A DNA stretch of 64,000 bases from Nemertoderma westbladi (GCA_032718475.1 JAUCBJ010004884.1:24012-88011); one strand, 5' to 3'. Counted from the first letter of the stretch, positions 31,821-44,700 are shown. The notes: generated by a model not told the origin, from the sequence alone. Program-made: numbers and translations.

Positions 31821-34800
31821 TATAGTGTTGCATTACCATGGAAACTAGATCCACACAGTTTAATAGATCATTATCAATTATGTTACAAACAACTTCAATC
31901 ACTGATCAAGAGTTTACAAAGGAAGAAATTATTACAGCGATATGATTCAATAATAAAAGAACACTTAGAGTTAGGGTACATTGAACCAGTTGACAATTCA
32001 AATGAAGCACGAAATATAGTACACCACATTCCACATCATGGTGTTCTCAGAGAAGAACGCATAACGACAAAACTTAGAATTGTCTTCAATGCATCAGCAC
32101 GAGCTTTTAAAACGGATGTGTCACTGAATGATTGTTTACATACAGGACCACACTTATTTCCAGATTTATGCCATGCTTTAATGAAATTTCGACTCCATCC
32201 AATAGGAGTATTAGCAGATATTCAACATGCATTCCTGCGTTGTCATATTAACGAAAATGATAGAGATTGTCTTCGTTTTCTCTGGCTAAGTTATGTTAAC
32301 AATATCAATAATAACCAGGAATTGCAAATACAAGTGTACAGATATACAAGAGCTATATTTGGAATGAATTCTTCTTCCAATATTTTAGCAAGCATTGTTG
32401 GGCACCACCTCGATAAGGAACAAAGAACAGCAAATGCCAATGACTTGAAAGCAATAAGTAAACTTAGAAATCTATACGTCGATGATCTCAACACAGGAGT
32501 AGAGACAGTAGATGAAGGAATGCAGCTCCAAAAATCATGTAAGTCAATATTGGAACGAGCTGGATTTAATATACGAAAGTGGGTCTCAAATAATAAGGAG
32601 CTTCAACAACACTTCAACAAAGATGACGACGCTAAGCAAACAATTCGAACACCACCAGGACAGCCAAATATGATAATAGAGGAAGACCAAACATATGCCA
32701 AATCATCTATATCACTTTCTACACCAGAGCAATCTACATGTTTAACTCGAGTACTTGGACAAATATGGGACCTTGACAACGACGAACTCGGATATAATGT
32801 ATCAAATGTTCACAACTTTATATCTTCAATTAAACCATGCAAACGAGCAGTTCTTCAATTATTTGCTCGTTTATATGATCCTCTAGGTCTTATTGCTCCG
32901 TTTACAGCAAAAATGAAAATTGCCTTCCATGAACTTTGTGTAGAAAAGGCTGATTGGAATGACGAATTACCACCATCTATTCTAAAGCAATGGAATGAAT
33001 GGATGAAAACATTACAACTTATTAACGAAGTTCGGATACCAAGATATTTATTTAATAAGATCAGCGAGAACGTCTCAACTCAAATCCATGGATTTGGAGA
33101 TGCCAGTAAAGACATATATGCAGCGGCAGTATATGTGAGATCTACATTCATCGATGGTTCAATATCAGTACAACTCATAGCATCACGTTCAAAATTAAGC
33201 AAACCTATAAAAACAAGCAAAGTCAAGTTAAACATACCAAGACTGGAACTACAAGCATCGCTCATTACATCAAGGCTTGTTAAGTTCGTAGACAAAGGTC
33301 TCAGAATTGAAAATTGTGAACATATCATGTGGTCAGATGCTACAGATGTACTTCATTGGATTCATTCTACAAGCAAAGAATGTAACGCATTCGTACAACG
33401 TCGTGTGGAAATTATAGGACAACTTACAACTGAACTTAATGCAACTTGGAGGCATGTACCAGGTACGTTAAACCCTGCGGATATTGCAACGAGGGGGTTA
33501 AATGCGCAACAACTAATCAACAATAAAGTATGGTTTAACGGACCGCAATTCTTATATCAACCCAGTGAGAAATCATGGCCGAATAATAGCACACTAAGTC
33601 TTCATCCATCAGCAGATTGTCAAGTGGAATTCAAAGCCTTAACAATAACACACAATTCAACAAATAACAGCATAAACATAAATGAAACATTAGAAAATGT
33701 ACTAGATATAAACAAATTCAACAATAAGCAAGCACCTATAAGACGTTTAGCATGGGTGACTCGTTTCATAAGTAATCTGAAAGCAAAACGTAATAATACG
33801 CAATTGATTTTAGAATCAAACTTGACAGCAGATGAATTAAATAATGCAGAAACAATTATTATTAAACACATGCAAATGAAATCTTATCCCTCTGAATACA
33901 AGTACTTGAAAAACCCAACGAAATCAAAGTGTCCAAATATGGTAAAGGTTCTAAATCTTTATCTAGACCCTAAAGGTATCATTCGACTCAATAGTCGAAT
34001 TAAATCACCTCTCCAATCACCGGAGTCACAAAAACCCATATTAATACATCCCACAAGCTATTATGCAACATTGATAATAAGAGAATCCCACATTCAAGTA
34101 TGTCACTCTCGTGTTCGAGATACACTTGCTCAAGTACGTGAAAAGTACTGGATTCCTAGAGCAAGACAAATAATTAAACGTACAATTCGAGATTGTGTTA
34201 TTTGTAAGCACATTCAAGGCTATCCTTATAGGAGACCTCCGTTCAGCCCCTTACCTGAGGAAAGATTAACATCAAATATCCTTCCATTCACCAATGTAGG
34301 TATTGATTTCCTAGGTGCGATTTCTGTAGTCAAATCATTATCTGATCCAGTAGGTTCAATGACAAAGGTATATATTTGCCTATGTACATGTGCGGTTATA
34401 CGAGCAATTCATTTAGAAGTAGTTACAAGTCTCCATTCCTCGTCTTTCATTGCGGCATTGACTCGTTTCGTAGGAAGACGAGGCATTCCATCAGTCATCT
34501 TCAGTGACAATGCATCAAATTTTAAGAGTTCATCAGAGGAAATCAAGGCATATAAGGCATTTTTAACAGTCCCAATCATACTTAGAGAATTTGGTAAACT
34601 AAATATTACATGGAAATTCAATGTACAAAGATACCCAGCAGCATATGGGTTTATAGAGCGTTGTGTGGGGACAGTGAAATCTAATTTGAAAAAACTAATG
34701 GGGCGTGCGGTGCTAACAGAAGAGGAATTACAAACAGTATTGATTTCATGTGAGGCTGCTATAAATAGCAGACCACTAACATACATCTATTCAGACAATA

Positions 34801-35225
34801 ATGAGTGCTTAACACTATCACCCAGTCATTTCTTGGTCGGCAAGAGGCTATGCGCTTTACCAAGCACCACTATAAATCTTAACAACATGGAAATGACACA
34901 TCGAAATTTTCAAGATCGTCTTCGATACCAAGAGATGGCTGCGAACTATTTTTGGTCAGTATGGCGGAAAGACTACCTCAGAGAATTAAGAGCTAGTCAT
35001 CGTTCGAATAATATCAGCCCACATTCACTTGTAGTCCCAGATATTGGAGATATATGCCTTCTAGTGGATAAGAAACTTCCAAGATGCCTTTGGAAACTAT
35101 GTAAGGTAGACAGATTAATTGTCAGTAAGGATGGTCATATACGGGCAGTTGGGGTTATCATTGTAAAACGTGGTAAACAACATAAACAACTGGTACGATC
35201 CATTTCTCATGTAATACCATTATAA
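31821..35225 (+). CDS. Element A pol remainder: BEL/Pao RT, RNase H and integrase, frame open
   Basis: KLRIVFNAS, SLNDCLHTGP, ADIQHAF, LYVDD, YDPLG, HGFGDAS, IPRLEL, WSDA, NPADIATRG, HHCC, GIDFLG, SDNASNF, FIERCV. Confidence 0.95.
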   Translation, partial: YSVALPWKLDPHSLIDHYQLCYKQLQSLIKSLQRKKLLQRYDSIIKEHLELGYIEPVDNSNEARNIVHHIPHHGVLREERITTKLRIVFNASARAFKTDVSLNDCLHTGPHLFPDLCHALMKFRLHPIGVLADIQHAFLRCHINENDRDCLRFLWLSYVNNINNNQELQIQVYRYTRAIFGMNSSSNILASIVGHHLDKEQRTANANDLKAISKLRNLYVDDLNTGVETVDEGMQLQKSCKSILERAGFNIRKWVSNNKELQQHFNKDDDAKQTIRTPPGQPNMIIEEDQTYAKSSISLSTPEQSTCLTRVLGQIWDLDNDELGYNVSNVHNFISSIKPCKRAVLQLFARLYDPLGLIAPFTAKMKIAFHELCVEKADWNDELPPSILKQWNEWMKTLQLINEVRIPRYLFNKISENVSTQIHGFGDASKDIYAAAVYVRSTFIDGSISVQLIASRSKLSKPIKTSKVKLNIPRLELQASLITSRLVKFVDKGLRIENCEHIMWSDATDVLHWIHSTSKECNAFVQRRVEIIGQLTTELNATWRHVPGTLNPADIATRGLNAQQLINNKVWFNGPQFLYQPSEKSWPNNSTLSLHPSADCQVEFKALTITHNSTNNSININETLENVLDINKFNNKQAPIRRLAWVTRFISNLKAKRNNTQLILESNLTADELNNAETIIIKHMQMKSYPSEYKYLKNPTKSKCPNMVKVLNLYLDPKGIIRLNSRIKSPLQSPESQKPILIHPTSYYATLIIRESHIQVCHSRVRDTLAQVREKYWIPRARQIIKRTIRDCVICKHIQGYPYRRPPFSPLPEERLTSNILPFTNVGIDFLGAISVVKSLSDPVGSMTKVYICLCTCAVIRAIHLEVVTSLHSSSFIAALTRFVGRRGIPSVIFSDNASNFKSSSEEIKAYKAFLTVPIILREFGKLNITWKFNVQRYPAAYGFIERCVGTVKSNLKKLMGRAVLTEEELQTVLISCEAAINSRPLTYIYSDNNECLTLSPSHFLVGKRLCALPSTTINLNNMEMTHRNFQDRLRYQEMAANYFWSVWRKDYLRELRASHRSNNISPHSLVVPDIGDICLLVDKKLPRCLWKLCKVDRLIVSKDGHIRAVGVIIVKRGKQHKQLVRSISHVIPL

Positions 35226-36290
35226 ATCAATGACAAAAACCACACTAGTACAACAAAAACAAAACAAACAACAGCAACCTATGATATCTGGAACTCCTTA
35301 GACACCGACATAAAACAAAGCAAATCGAAAAAAACACTAGGTAGGAAACTAAAAATCAAATTAATTAATGAACTACAGTAAAAACAAAAATGATATAAAT
35401 TAAATACAAATATCAAACCTAATCTTCCAAAAAATAAGAATTTAATTATTTACAACAGATATCACAGGTAAAAAATAGTTGGAATACAACTATTGGTTAT
35501 GGTTATGGATATAGCAGAATTGAACTTAGTAGTGGCTGGCGGCATCCCTTGAAATTCTCCCCCCCCCCCCCCCCCCTCCCCCACCCACCCCTGATTGACC
35601 GATGGCAGGAACCGGCATTACTAGCTACCGCTACTGTCAGTTCCTGCCAGGGCACTTAAACATAATAGCACACAAAAAAATTGCAGAACATACAAACAAA
35701 TTTGAAATGCTCTCAAGGTGAATTATATTTTAATTTGTTTTGTGAACTACTGTTTATTTAAATATTGTCTGTAAATTGTGTGCGGTCATTCTGGAACAAA
35801 ATATAAGAGCCCTTACAGGCTCACATCAATCAATCAATCAGAATCACTAGAATCAATAGACATTGACACGTCGGATGATGATTATTCTAATGATGAAAAT
35901 GACGTCAAAAGTGATGACGTCGAAATCGTTGAATGCAATAGCAATGAGGACCGTGTTCAGGTTCGACACCCAAGAGTAGCCACTAAAAAAATCACGAAGG
36001 GATTTTATAGATACTAAAAATCGGAATTTACTTATTTATTTTTTAATGTTAACAAGATCATGCCATGTAACAAGTTATTTATTGGTATATATGAATAATG
36101 TATATATAAATATGGTGGAGGGTGTTGACAATACCTAATAACATATTAACTTATGAAACGAAACTATCATTGGTGTAGTATAGCATGCCTGTCATACATT
36201 GTGATGAAACTCAATTATTATTAACGTAACGTGTGTTTTGTTATTTATATTTACAGTTTTATGTGTTGCTTAAAAACAATTATTTTTTAG

Positions 36291-36536
36291 CAAGGGGGAG
36301 TGTCATAAATTATACTTAGGCCATAGCTAATATCCAATATAAGATACAAGTATATTAGCTTGCCAATATTGTAAACTGTTGAAAGAAGTTGAAACATATG
36401 TTAATCTTGGAGGTTTGCCGGCAGTATTGTAAAGTAAATATATATAGGTTATTCAATTTAGATAAAGATTATTATTAAAGTTTATTAGAAGTTTGTAGCT
36501 ATCATTTTCCTTTCAATTTATCCACAATTCACTATA
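36291..36536 (+). repeat. PPT (AAGGGGGAG) and 3' LTR of element A
   Basis: Purine tract at 36292-36300 directly precedes the LTR copy at 36301-36536. Confidence 0.93.
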
Positions 36537-36962
36537 GGGCTTAAGTTATAATTATATAAAGGCAGCACTCTGCCGCCTTGGGGCTTAAGTTATAATTATA
36601 TAAAGGCAGCACTCTGCCGCCTTGGGGCTTAAGTTATAATTATATAAAGGCAGCACTCTGCCGCCTTGGGGCTTAAGTTATAATTATATAAAGGCAGCAC
36701 TCTGCCGCCTTGGGGCTTAAGTTATAATTATATAAAGGCAGCACTCTGCCGCCTTGGGGCTTAAGTTATAATTATATAAAGGCAGCACTCTGCCGACTTG
36801 GGGCTTAAGTTATAATTGTATAAAGGCAGCACTCTGCCGCCATGGAGTTTAAGTTATAATTATTCAAAAGGCGGTACCTTTATGAGCATGGTCCTTAATT
36901 ATTTCAAATGAAAAAGGCGGCAGTGTGCTGCCTTTTCTAATGGTTGGTACGCAAAGGGTTAA
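36537..36962. repeat. 44-bp tandem array, right part (about 7 copies), ending in an inverted unit and a piggyBac-like AGGG-TTAA end
   Basis: Same unit as 11750-12829; inverted AAAGGCGGCAGTGTGCTGCCTTT at ~36913-36935; CGCAAAGGGTTAA at 36950-36962. Confidence 0.85.
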
Positions 36963-37757
36963 TATGTCCGTTTTTAAAGTTTTTACCTCAGGCGAATAAT
37001 ATGTATGTACTAATACCGGTAGATGGAACTATGAATGATTGTAATTTAGAACTGTGCGAGAGTCAAGATCATTAGGTATAGTGCGCTATATAAATTGTAT
37101 TATTATTAAGATTCGGTTAGAAATTAGGTCTACCTTGTCCAGTGAAAGGATGCAACTAGACCCTACTAGACCCTACAAGCAACATTATTATTTAAGAAGC
37201 GACAGTGTTATGTTTAATTCTGGTCAGTCTGTTTAACTGGCCAATTAGCACATATGTGCTCTCACTGTTTCCTGATTCACAAAACTTTATTAGGCCTATA
37301 TAACAACCACCATAAATAAATTCTCCATAGTATACATTCCATTCGTAGCAATACGTTTACTCTTATATATATATATATTATATATTTCTTAGTTGAAATA
37401 TCAAAGGTTATTTTTAAAATAAAATTTTGGATGAATAGAACAAAGTTCGCAATTTTTGGAACTAAGTTCGTGTCTGTAAATCATCGGAACACATTCGTGG
37501 GGCCTTCGCGCAGCACGAGGCCCAGTTATGAGATACAAATTAAAATTGTGCGACTGTATCACAAAATCAGGTTATGAGAGATTAAACCACACCACCAATT
37601 AATCAAAGAAAGGGGGACAGTACGTGTTCACCCCTTTTAATCTGCACCCCCCCCCCCCCCCCCTACCCACCAATACATAACCGCGACATCTACCACCCAC
37701 GGAAGGGTAGCACGAACTTATTTCCAAACGCACGTTCAATATGCAAAGCCAGGTGGT

Positions 37758-38216
37758 TTATAGGAATATAATCAATGCAGTACTCGTCTTCATTATAAGC
37801 CTCTTTGCGTTCGACCTGTTTTGTATTAAAATATATTTATTAAACGCAGGCTGACGCTCTTTATTATAATAATACCTAGGGATGCCAGCTTCCAGACTTT
37901 CAATCTTTACTGCCGCGCAAACCCCGCAGAGGAAGTTTTGGTTTGAGAGATCAAGCCCATCGGCAATTGGTGTTTCAATTTCGGTCCAGGAACTCTGACA
38001 ATGGGAGCATTCAATCTTAGCTGTGGTCCATTCCCGTGGTTTCGGCTTCCTTTTCTTCGTCCCAATGACAGATTCTTCTGAAGACGTTCGATTCGCTTTC
38101 AGTTTATTGTTGGCGTTTGTGTTTTGAAGTTGTATTCGAGTGGACAGTCGCGCCGGTTTCGAGGTAACCATACCGACCTGTGATAAGCGTTGGTTTTGTT
38201 GAGTGCCGGTATTCAT
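37758..38216 (-). pseudogene. LINE ORF1-like fragment with a partial PHD finger
   Basis: IECSHCQSSW...FLCGVC. Confidence 0.45.
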
Positions 38217-39539
38217 CTTCTCTCACCTCTTCAATGTCAGATGTTGCAAATACTGATAACACGAATAACGGTATATATTTCAATACTTGTCAATAGTAAT
38301 ATATATAATTTAGATAACTATTTTATATCTGTACTGTTGAGCAAACTCTACATAAATTCCAACCTGTGTATCGCTGTGCAAGTGCTGAAGTATGTGACGG
38401 GATCCAGGAGGGATCCCGATTTATCCGATGTGGTATTTAGTCCACGCGTCCCCGCCGTGTATAAGAGTGAAATAAAGATAACTGAGTTCTGAAGTTCGGT
38501 GTATAATAAGAGGTTATAGGATATAGATATATTGTGAATTGTACGGTAGGCGGGATACGGTAACTAAAGTCCCGTGATCCCCTAACTAAACTAATTGGCT
38601 GTACCCTACGCTAGCACTGCTGCACTGAGATAACTGAATCACTGATTACTAGGTTATTGGTTATATTGCACGGTGGCCTTACTGCTACTCAATCGATGCC
38701 ATTCCCCCCTCTGATTGGTTAATACCCTTGTTGGCGCCCCGTGGAGTATTCCCGTTCACTCCACCTGTTCTCCTTGGGTTAGGGGTTTGGCCCCTGACCC
38801 TCTATTGTGTGCCTCCTTCCCACTCTTATTGGGATGGCACGAGTTGGTTAATTGCCCAATCTCGTGGCTCCCAATATTGCTTATCGGCTAATAACTTTAT
38901 GGGGTGTTGGCGGGATTGAATAAGCTAACACTCCCCCCCATGCTATCTTCCCGGTAAGAAGATAGCATCAACCAAAAAGTGCGTTACAATCCCGCTGGAT
39001 CCCGATCTAGCATCGGGTGTGGGGTGGAAATCTTTTCTCTCGGAGTCGGCTTTCCAGGCCGCTCCCTCTGGGTATGATAACGCTACCCTTTACGCCTGGC
39101 GTCTCATGTCGGGCCGATCGCGCTCACCTCTTCACGCGACTTTTGTTTCCCCAACATTTTTGCCCTATCTCACCTTCACTCTCACCCTAACTCTCTCATA
39201 CCCCCGGACCTCCTCGTCCCTCACTCAGCCTCTTATTCTCCCCCCCCACACTAGAATTGCGTTCGCACTCTCTCCGCACTTCGCACTATCACTCCATCCC
39301 TCCTTGACTACCTTATCCCTTCTGACGAATCTCACCCCCCCTCCGTGCCGTCGCACTCAGGAAATGTGAAATCGTCTGGCGTCTTGTCTCTAGTGCCATA
39401 GTCACTTAGCCCCCCAGTCCCAGTAGCTAATTGAGAAAGGTTGTATGACTATAGTACTTACACCACTATCTCCGCACTCCGCACTATCACCTCTCCACTC
39501 TCTTGTCACTCCCTAAGGCTTTAATCTCTAATGCTACCC

Positions 39540-41700
39540 CTGTGCTATCATACTATCTACCTACTGCTTACTAACTCTAACTATCTAACTAACTCTGCTA
39601 ACTACTAACTCTTACTACTTCTAGCTCTAACTGAGAGCCTCTAACTTTCTACTGACTCTAACTCTCTACTAAGTCTAACTAACTCCTACTAACTTTCTAC
39701 TTCTACTAACTCTACTTGACTCCTCTGAGTCTACCAACTCTGCTAACTAGCTCTACTAACTCTACTCCACTAGCTCTGCTAACTCTACTCCACTCTTCTA
39801 ACTCTACTAACTAGCTCTACTAACTCTACTCCACTCTTCTAACTACGTGGCGCTTGCGGTGCCCACAACCACTCTACTATCTGGCACCCTATGTGCCCTT
39901 CTACTACTCAACTACCTCTCTAGCTCTACTACCTGGCACCCTATGTGCCCCCTCTGCTCTACTCTACTACCTGGCACCCTATGTGCCCTCTCTACTACAC
40001 TACTACCTCTCTAACTCTACTACCTGGCACCCTATGTGCCCCCTCTACTACACTACTACCTCTCTAACTCTACTACCTGGCACCCTATGTGCCCGTCTCT
40101 ACTCTTCTACTCACTGGTACCCTATGTACCCTCTCTACTACCTCTAACACTCTACTCTACTACCTGGCACCCTATGTGCCCTCTCTACTCTTCTACTACC
40201 TGGCACCCAATGTGCCCGTCTCTACTCCTCTACTCCCCCTTTACGTCTCATCGCCTACACGTGACGCTCTGAGTGCCGGCAGAGTGGGTACGTTAATTAT
40301 GTGAACTACTACTGACTCTCACTAACTCTACTTCTATCTACGTGGCGCTAACGGTGCCCACAACCACAACCGGTACTACGTACCCTCTTACTAACTCTAC
40401 CTCTATCTACGTGGCGCTAACGGTGCCCACAACCACAACCGGTACTACGTACCCTCTTACTAACTCTACCTCTATCTACGTGGCGCTAACGGTGCCCACA
40501 ACCACAACCGGTACTACGTACCCTCTTACTAACTCTACCTCTATCTACGTGGCGCTAACGGTGCCCACAACCACAACCGGTACTACGTACCCTCTTACTA
40601 ACCTCTAACTCCCACTAACTCTAATTAACATACCCTGCTCTTACATCAAACACATCATCACGCCCGTGCCCCACTAAGTTCAGCGCATTCCCTACTAACT
40701 CTAACTACGTGGCGCTTACGGTGCCCACAACCCTCTACTGCTACTACTAACACCCCTAACTAGCGGTACTACGTACCCTCTTACTACTCTAGCTCTCTCT
40801 ACTAGCTAGCGGTACAACGTACCCTCTTACTACTCTAGCTCTCTCTACTAGCTAGCGGTACAACGTACCCTCTTACTACTCCTACTCTCTAGCCGGTACT
40901 TACGTACCCTCTAACTCTTACTCTCTAACCGGTACTTACGTACCCTCTAACTCTAACTAACTAGCGGTACTTACGTACCCTCTAACTCTAACTCTAACTA
41001 GGTACTACGTACCTTCTAACTCTAACTCTAACTAGGTACTACATACCTACTAACTCTCTAACTATCGGTACTACGTACCCTCTAACTCTAACTCTAACTA
41101 GGTACTACGTACCTACTAACTCTAACTCTAACTAGGTACTACGTACCTACTAACTCTAACTATCGGTACTACGTACCCTCTAACTCTAACTCTAACTAGG
41201 TACTACGTACCTACTAACTCTCTAACTCTAGGTACTACGTACCTACTAACTCTAACTCTAACTAGGTACTACGTACCTACTGACTCTCTAACTAACTCTA
41301 GGTACTACGTACCTACTAACTCTCTAACTCTAGGTACTACGTACCTACTAACTCTAACTCTAACTAGGTACTACGCACCTATTAACTCTAACTCTAACTA
41401 GGTACTACGTACCTACTAACTCTTACTAACTCTCTAACGGTACTACGTAACTACTAACTCTAACTCTAACTAGGTACTACGTACCTACTGACTCTCTAAC
41501 TAGGTACTACGTACCTACTAACTCTTACTAACTCTCTAACGGTACTACGTACCCCTTAACTCCTACTCTCTAACGGTAGAGAGACTCTCTAACTCTTACT
41601 CTAACACTAACTATCAGTGCTAACTGACTAACTAACTAACTCTGACCCTAGGTACTACGTACCTCCTAAATAACTCCTAACTACCTAACTTCTACCTACT
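39540..41700 (-). repeat. Strand-biased composite repeat region of element C, with arrays of short hairpins and a 69-bp unit in 4 copies
   Basis: GGTACTACGTACC-type about 28 times, GGCACCCTATGTGCC-type about 8 times, GTGGCGCT(A/T)ACGGTGCCCAC about 6 times; spacers almost G-free on the + strand. Confidence 0.9.
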
Positions 41701-41724
41701 TTATTATTTAATTATTTTATTTAA

Positions 41725-44700
41725 TTAAATAATTATTTTATATTTCGTGCGTGGGAAGGGCGTCTCGCCCTCATTCCCACCCCCCTCAGTCCAAAACTTT
41801 GGACGACTAAAAACTCTCACGTGCCCCTTCTTCCGGTAGGCACTCTCCTGCTGCCCTCCTATACGTCCTCTAACTCTTCGCCACACTCTCTTCGGTGCTA
41901 CCTTTGCTGGCCTCCCCCTTCGTATGTGCGCTGGCATTAGAGCCCTCGACGACCCCCGCTCGTCCCTCGGTATACGCGGTGTCTGCTCATGTAATGCCCC
42001 CTCGCACTGTGTCCGTCCTGCGTGTGTATGCAACACGCCTCCTTCTACTTTCCCGACTCCCTTATGTTTGCTAATGGGCTTCTCTGCCCCTGGTTTAGTC
42101 CTTTCATATCCTCTCCCTTTCCAACACTCTCCGGATCTGTGTCCTTTTACCACACATTGATGACATAGTCCGTTTGCGTCTGTGTAGGCTACACGATCTC
42201 GTTTGGGCAACGCTTGCCAGTACTTGCAACTCCTGGTCTTATGTGTTCCGTCCCGATGTAATTGACATTGGAATCCTGGATTATAGCGTTTCCTGTATAG
42301 TCCTTCACGTATCGCGCTTAGGTTTATATGTACCGATTTAATGTTTCGATTGTCTAGACTCGGCCTACTGGGTATATTGGGATTGTATTTATTTTTGGTG
42401 TTATTTTCTTCCTGTCCCTGCCACGGTGTGGCCCTGCTCCCAGCTAACTGTGGGCTAGCAGTCCCCTGTACGGCCGCGTGTGGTATTGACTGTCCGCACG
42501 ACCTGTTCTCGTCCAAGGGGTTCGATGTTCTCGCTCCTATTGGGGTATATTGTCGATATTGTGATGGGGGAATGTCACCCTGTCCCCCCCCAGCCGGTAT
42601 GTTTGGTACTGGGGTTGATGTTAATATATTGGGGCCCATACGTCTATCTCCAATAACTCCCCCCTCCCCTGGATATATGTTATGTCCCTGTGTATTATTA
42701 TAGTCATGCTGCTGTACCGATATAGGCCTACCTACCTCTCGCCTACCTACCGGTATGTACTCCGCGACTTCCGGGTTTAATCCCGTCGTTCGCGCTACCC
42801 CATCGCCTACTCTATCTCTCCCAGCATGGCCTATAATAGTATGTGCAGTAAGGCCTACAGTATGTCCTGCAGTCTGCATGTGCCCTTCCGAACCGAAGTT
42901 TATTCTTCGCGAATCTCGAATCTCCCCGCGACTACTGCACTCTCGATCGGCAGCTATATCCCGTCGGGAAGCTTCTCTCCGATCCCCTCTCCTGTTCTCA
43001 ACTCTGTATTGGTACGTCTTGTACCCCTCTCTTGGCGTGCGGTGCGTTTCTCCGGGGCGACGGCAATCTCCCGAAGTTCGACCCCACTGGCTCCCTGACT
43101 CCATCTCTACTATCGACGGTTCGTTATCCGTCCTCGCACTCCTATCATTCGTGGCGACACTTCTTCTACTATCTTCTCTTCTTCTCTTTTCTGTGTAGTA
43201 TTCCGGCTCGTGAGGTCTCTCGTCGACCTCCCGGTTAAACTCCACTGTTCTTCTTCTCTCTTCTGGTCGGGCTCGACGCTTCGCCTGCCCTCTCGCGACG
43301 TCAACCTGCCTCTCTCTGCTCGATCGCACGCCGCTGGGGATACTCGCAATCCCCCTATTACTCTCCGTCGCCGGGTGTTGCGGTTTACCTGATTCGGCCC
43401 GCGCATTATCCGCTGACGGCTGTGGGACACTCTCTGCCCCCCCTCTCTCTCTACTAACTTCTCGCGGTGGGGTGTCCGTAGCCCCCCCCCACCCGCCACT
43501 TCTAACTTCACTATCTCTTACTACACTTCTGCACCCCTCTTGTGGGGCATTCTCTGCCCCCCCTCTCTCGCCACTAATCTTATGTGGTGGGGCGCCGGCA
43601 GCCCCCCCCCACTCGCCACATCTAACTTCACTATCTCTCACTTCGTCTCTACACCCCTCTCTAGTCGACGCACTGTCTCTACTACGGCTGGGTCTATTCA
43701 CCCCCGCCTCTCTCTCTACTACTGCGTGGCCCATCAGGCCTACTTCGGGTTGGCTCAACCCCGCTACCTCCTGCCTACCAACTACGTGGCCTACCAGGCC
43801 GCCGTCGGGTTGGCTCAACCCTGCCACCTCCTGCCTACTAACTACGTGGCCTACCAGGCCACCGTCTGCTGAGTTATGTACGTCCGACACGCTCATATTA
43901 ATAGCACCATTCCCAATATTATTTGTTAAATCAATTAAATTGTTAGAATTTGAAACGGGATTATTATTTAAATTATTTAAATTACTTAGATCACTACTAT
44001 TCTCTAAACTTAAATTATTATTCGAATTATTTTGCGGGTTTGAATTGAAATTATTATCTAGAGTATTTGTATTTAAATTTAAATTACTACTACCCGGTAA
44101 AATATCATTTCCTGTAATAAAGGGATTAGGGTTGTTTACTACGGTACTATTAATATTATCTACTTCTAACGTACTATTATTACCCCCCCCCCGCCCGTAC
44201 GGCTACACCAGCTCTGGTTCTCTCGCCCGGTGTCTGTAAGTGGGGTCTCACTCTCTGACAGTTCCAACCGCGCCAGTTCTAGTCGGCGCTGGTCTAGTTT
44301 GGCTTGATATTGCGCAAGCCTCCCTAGCTGAGCACGCAAATCTTCCCGCTCACGCTCTATCTCTATCTCTCTCTCTATGCACTTTCGTAAACTTTGCTCG
44401 GCCAACTCGGTATCTCTCGCAACCATCTCAAGCCACGTTGCCGGCTCGTCCCCTACTCTCATCTCCCGCTCTCTACACTCCTTGACTCTCTCTCTATCCT
44501 CCCTTGCCCACTCTCTTTCTCTCTCCAACCATGCGGTTTCCTCTCTCAATTGTCTCTCTAACTCATTCTGCTCTGTCGCCACCATCGCTAATTCATACGT
44601 CAGATTTATTTTTAGCACCCTTCTTTCTTTCGCGGAGGATGTAGCAGACTTATCGGTTGCGACGGACTCCCGCCGCCCCTCCGTCCTACTAACTTTCTCC

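Larger units (their letters stand above)
12830..36536 (+). mobile_element. Element A: BEL/Pao LTR retrotransposon (about 7.1 kb once nested element B is removed)
   Basis: 236-bp LTRs at 12830-13065 and 36301-36536 (one mismatch seen); 5-bp TSD GGGCT at 12825-12829 and 36537-36541; PBS; PPT; gag-PR-RT-RH-INT order. Confidence 0.95.

Noticed and set aside
40342-40608. Mucin-like Thr-rich protein on the + strand
   Set aside because: A by-product of the 69-bp repeat, antisense to element C and without an ATG start
39840-41670. CRISPR-like array (palindromic repeats with spacers)
   Set aside because: The spacers are low-complexity and related to each other, there are no cas genes, and the context is a eukaryotic LTR element
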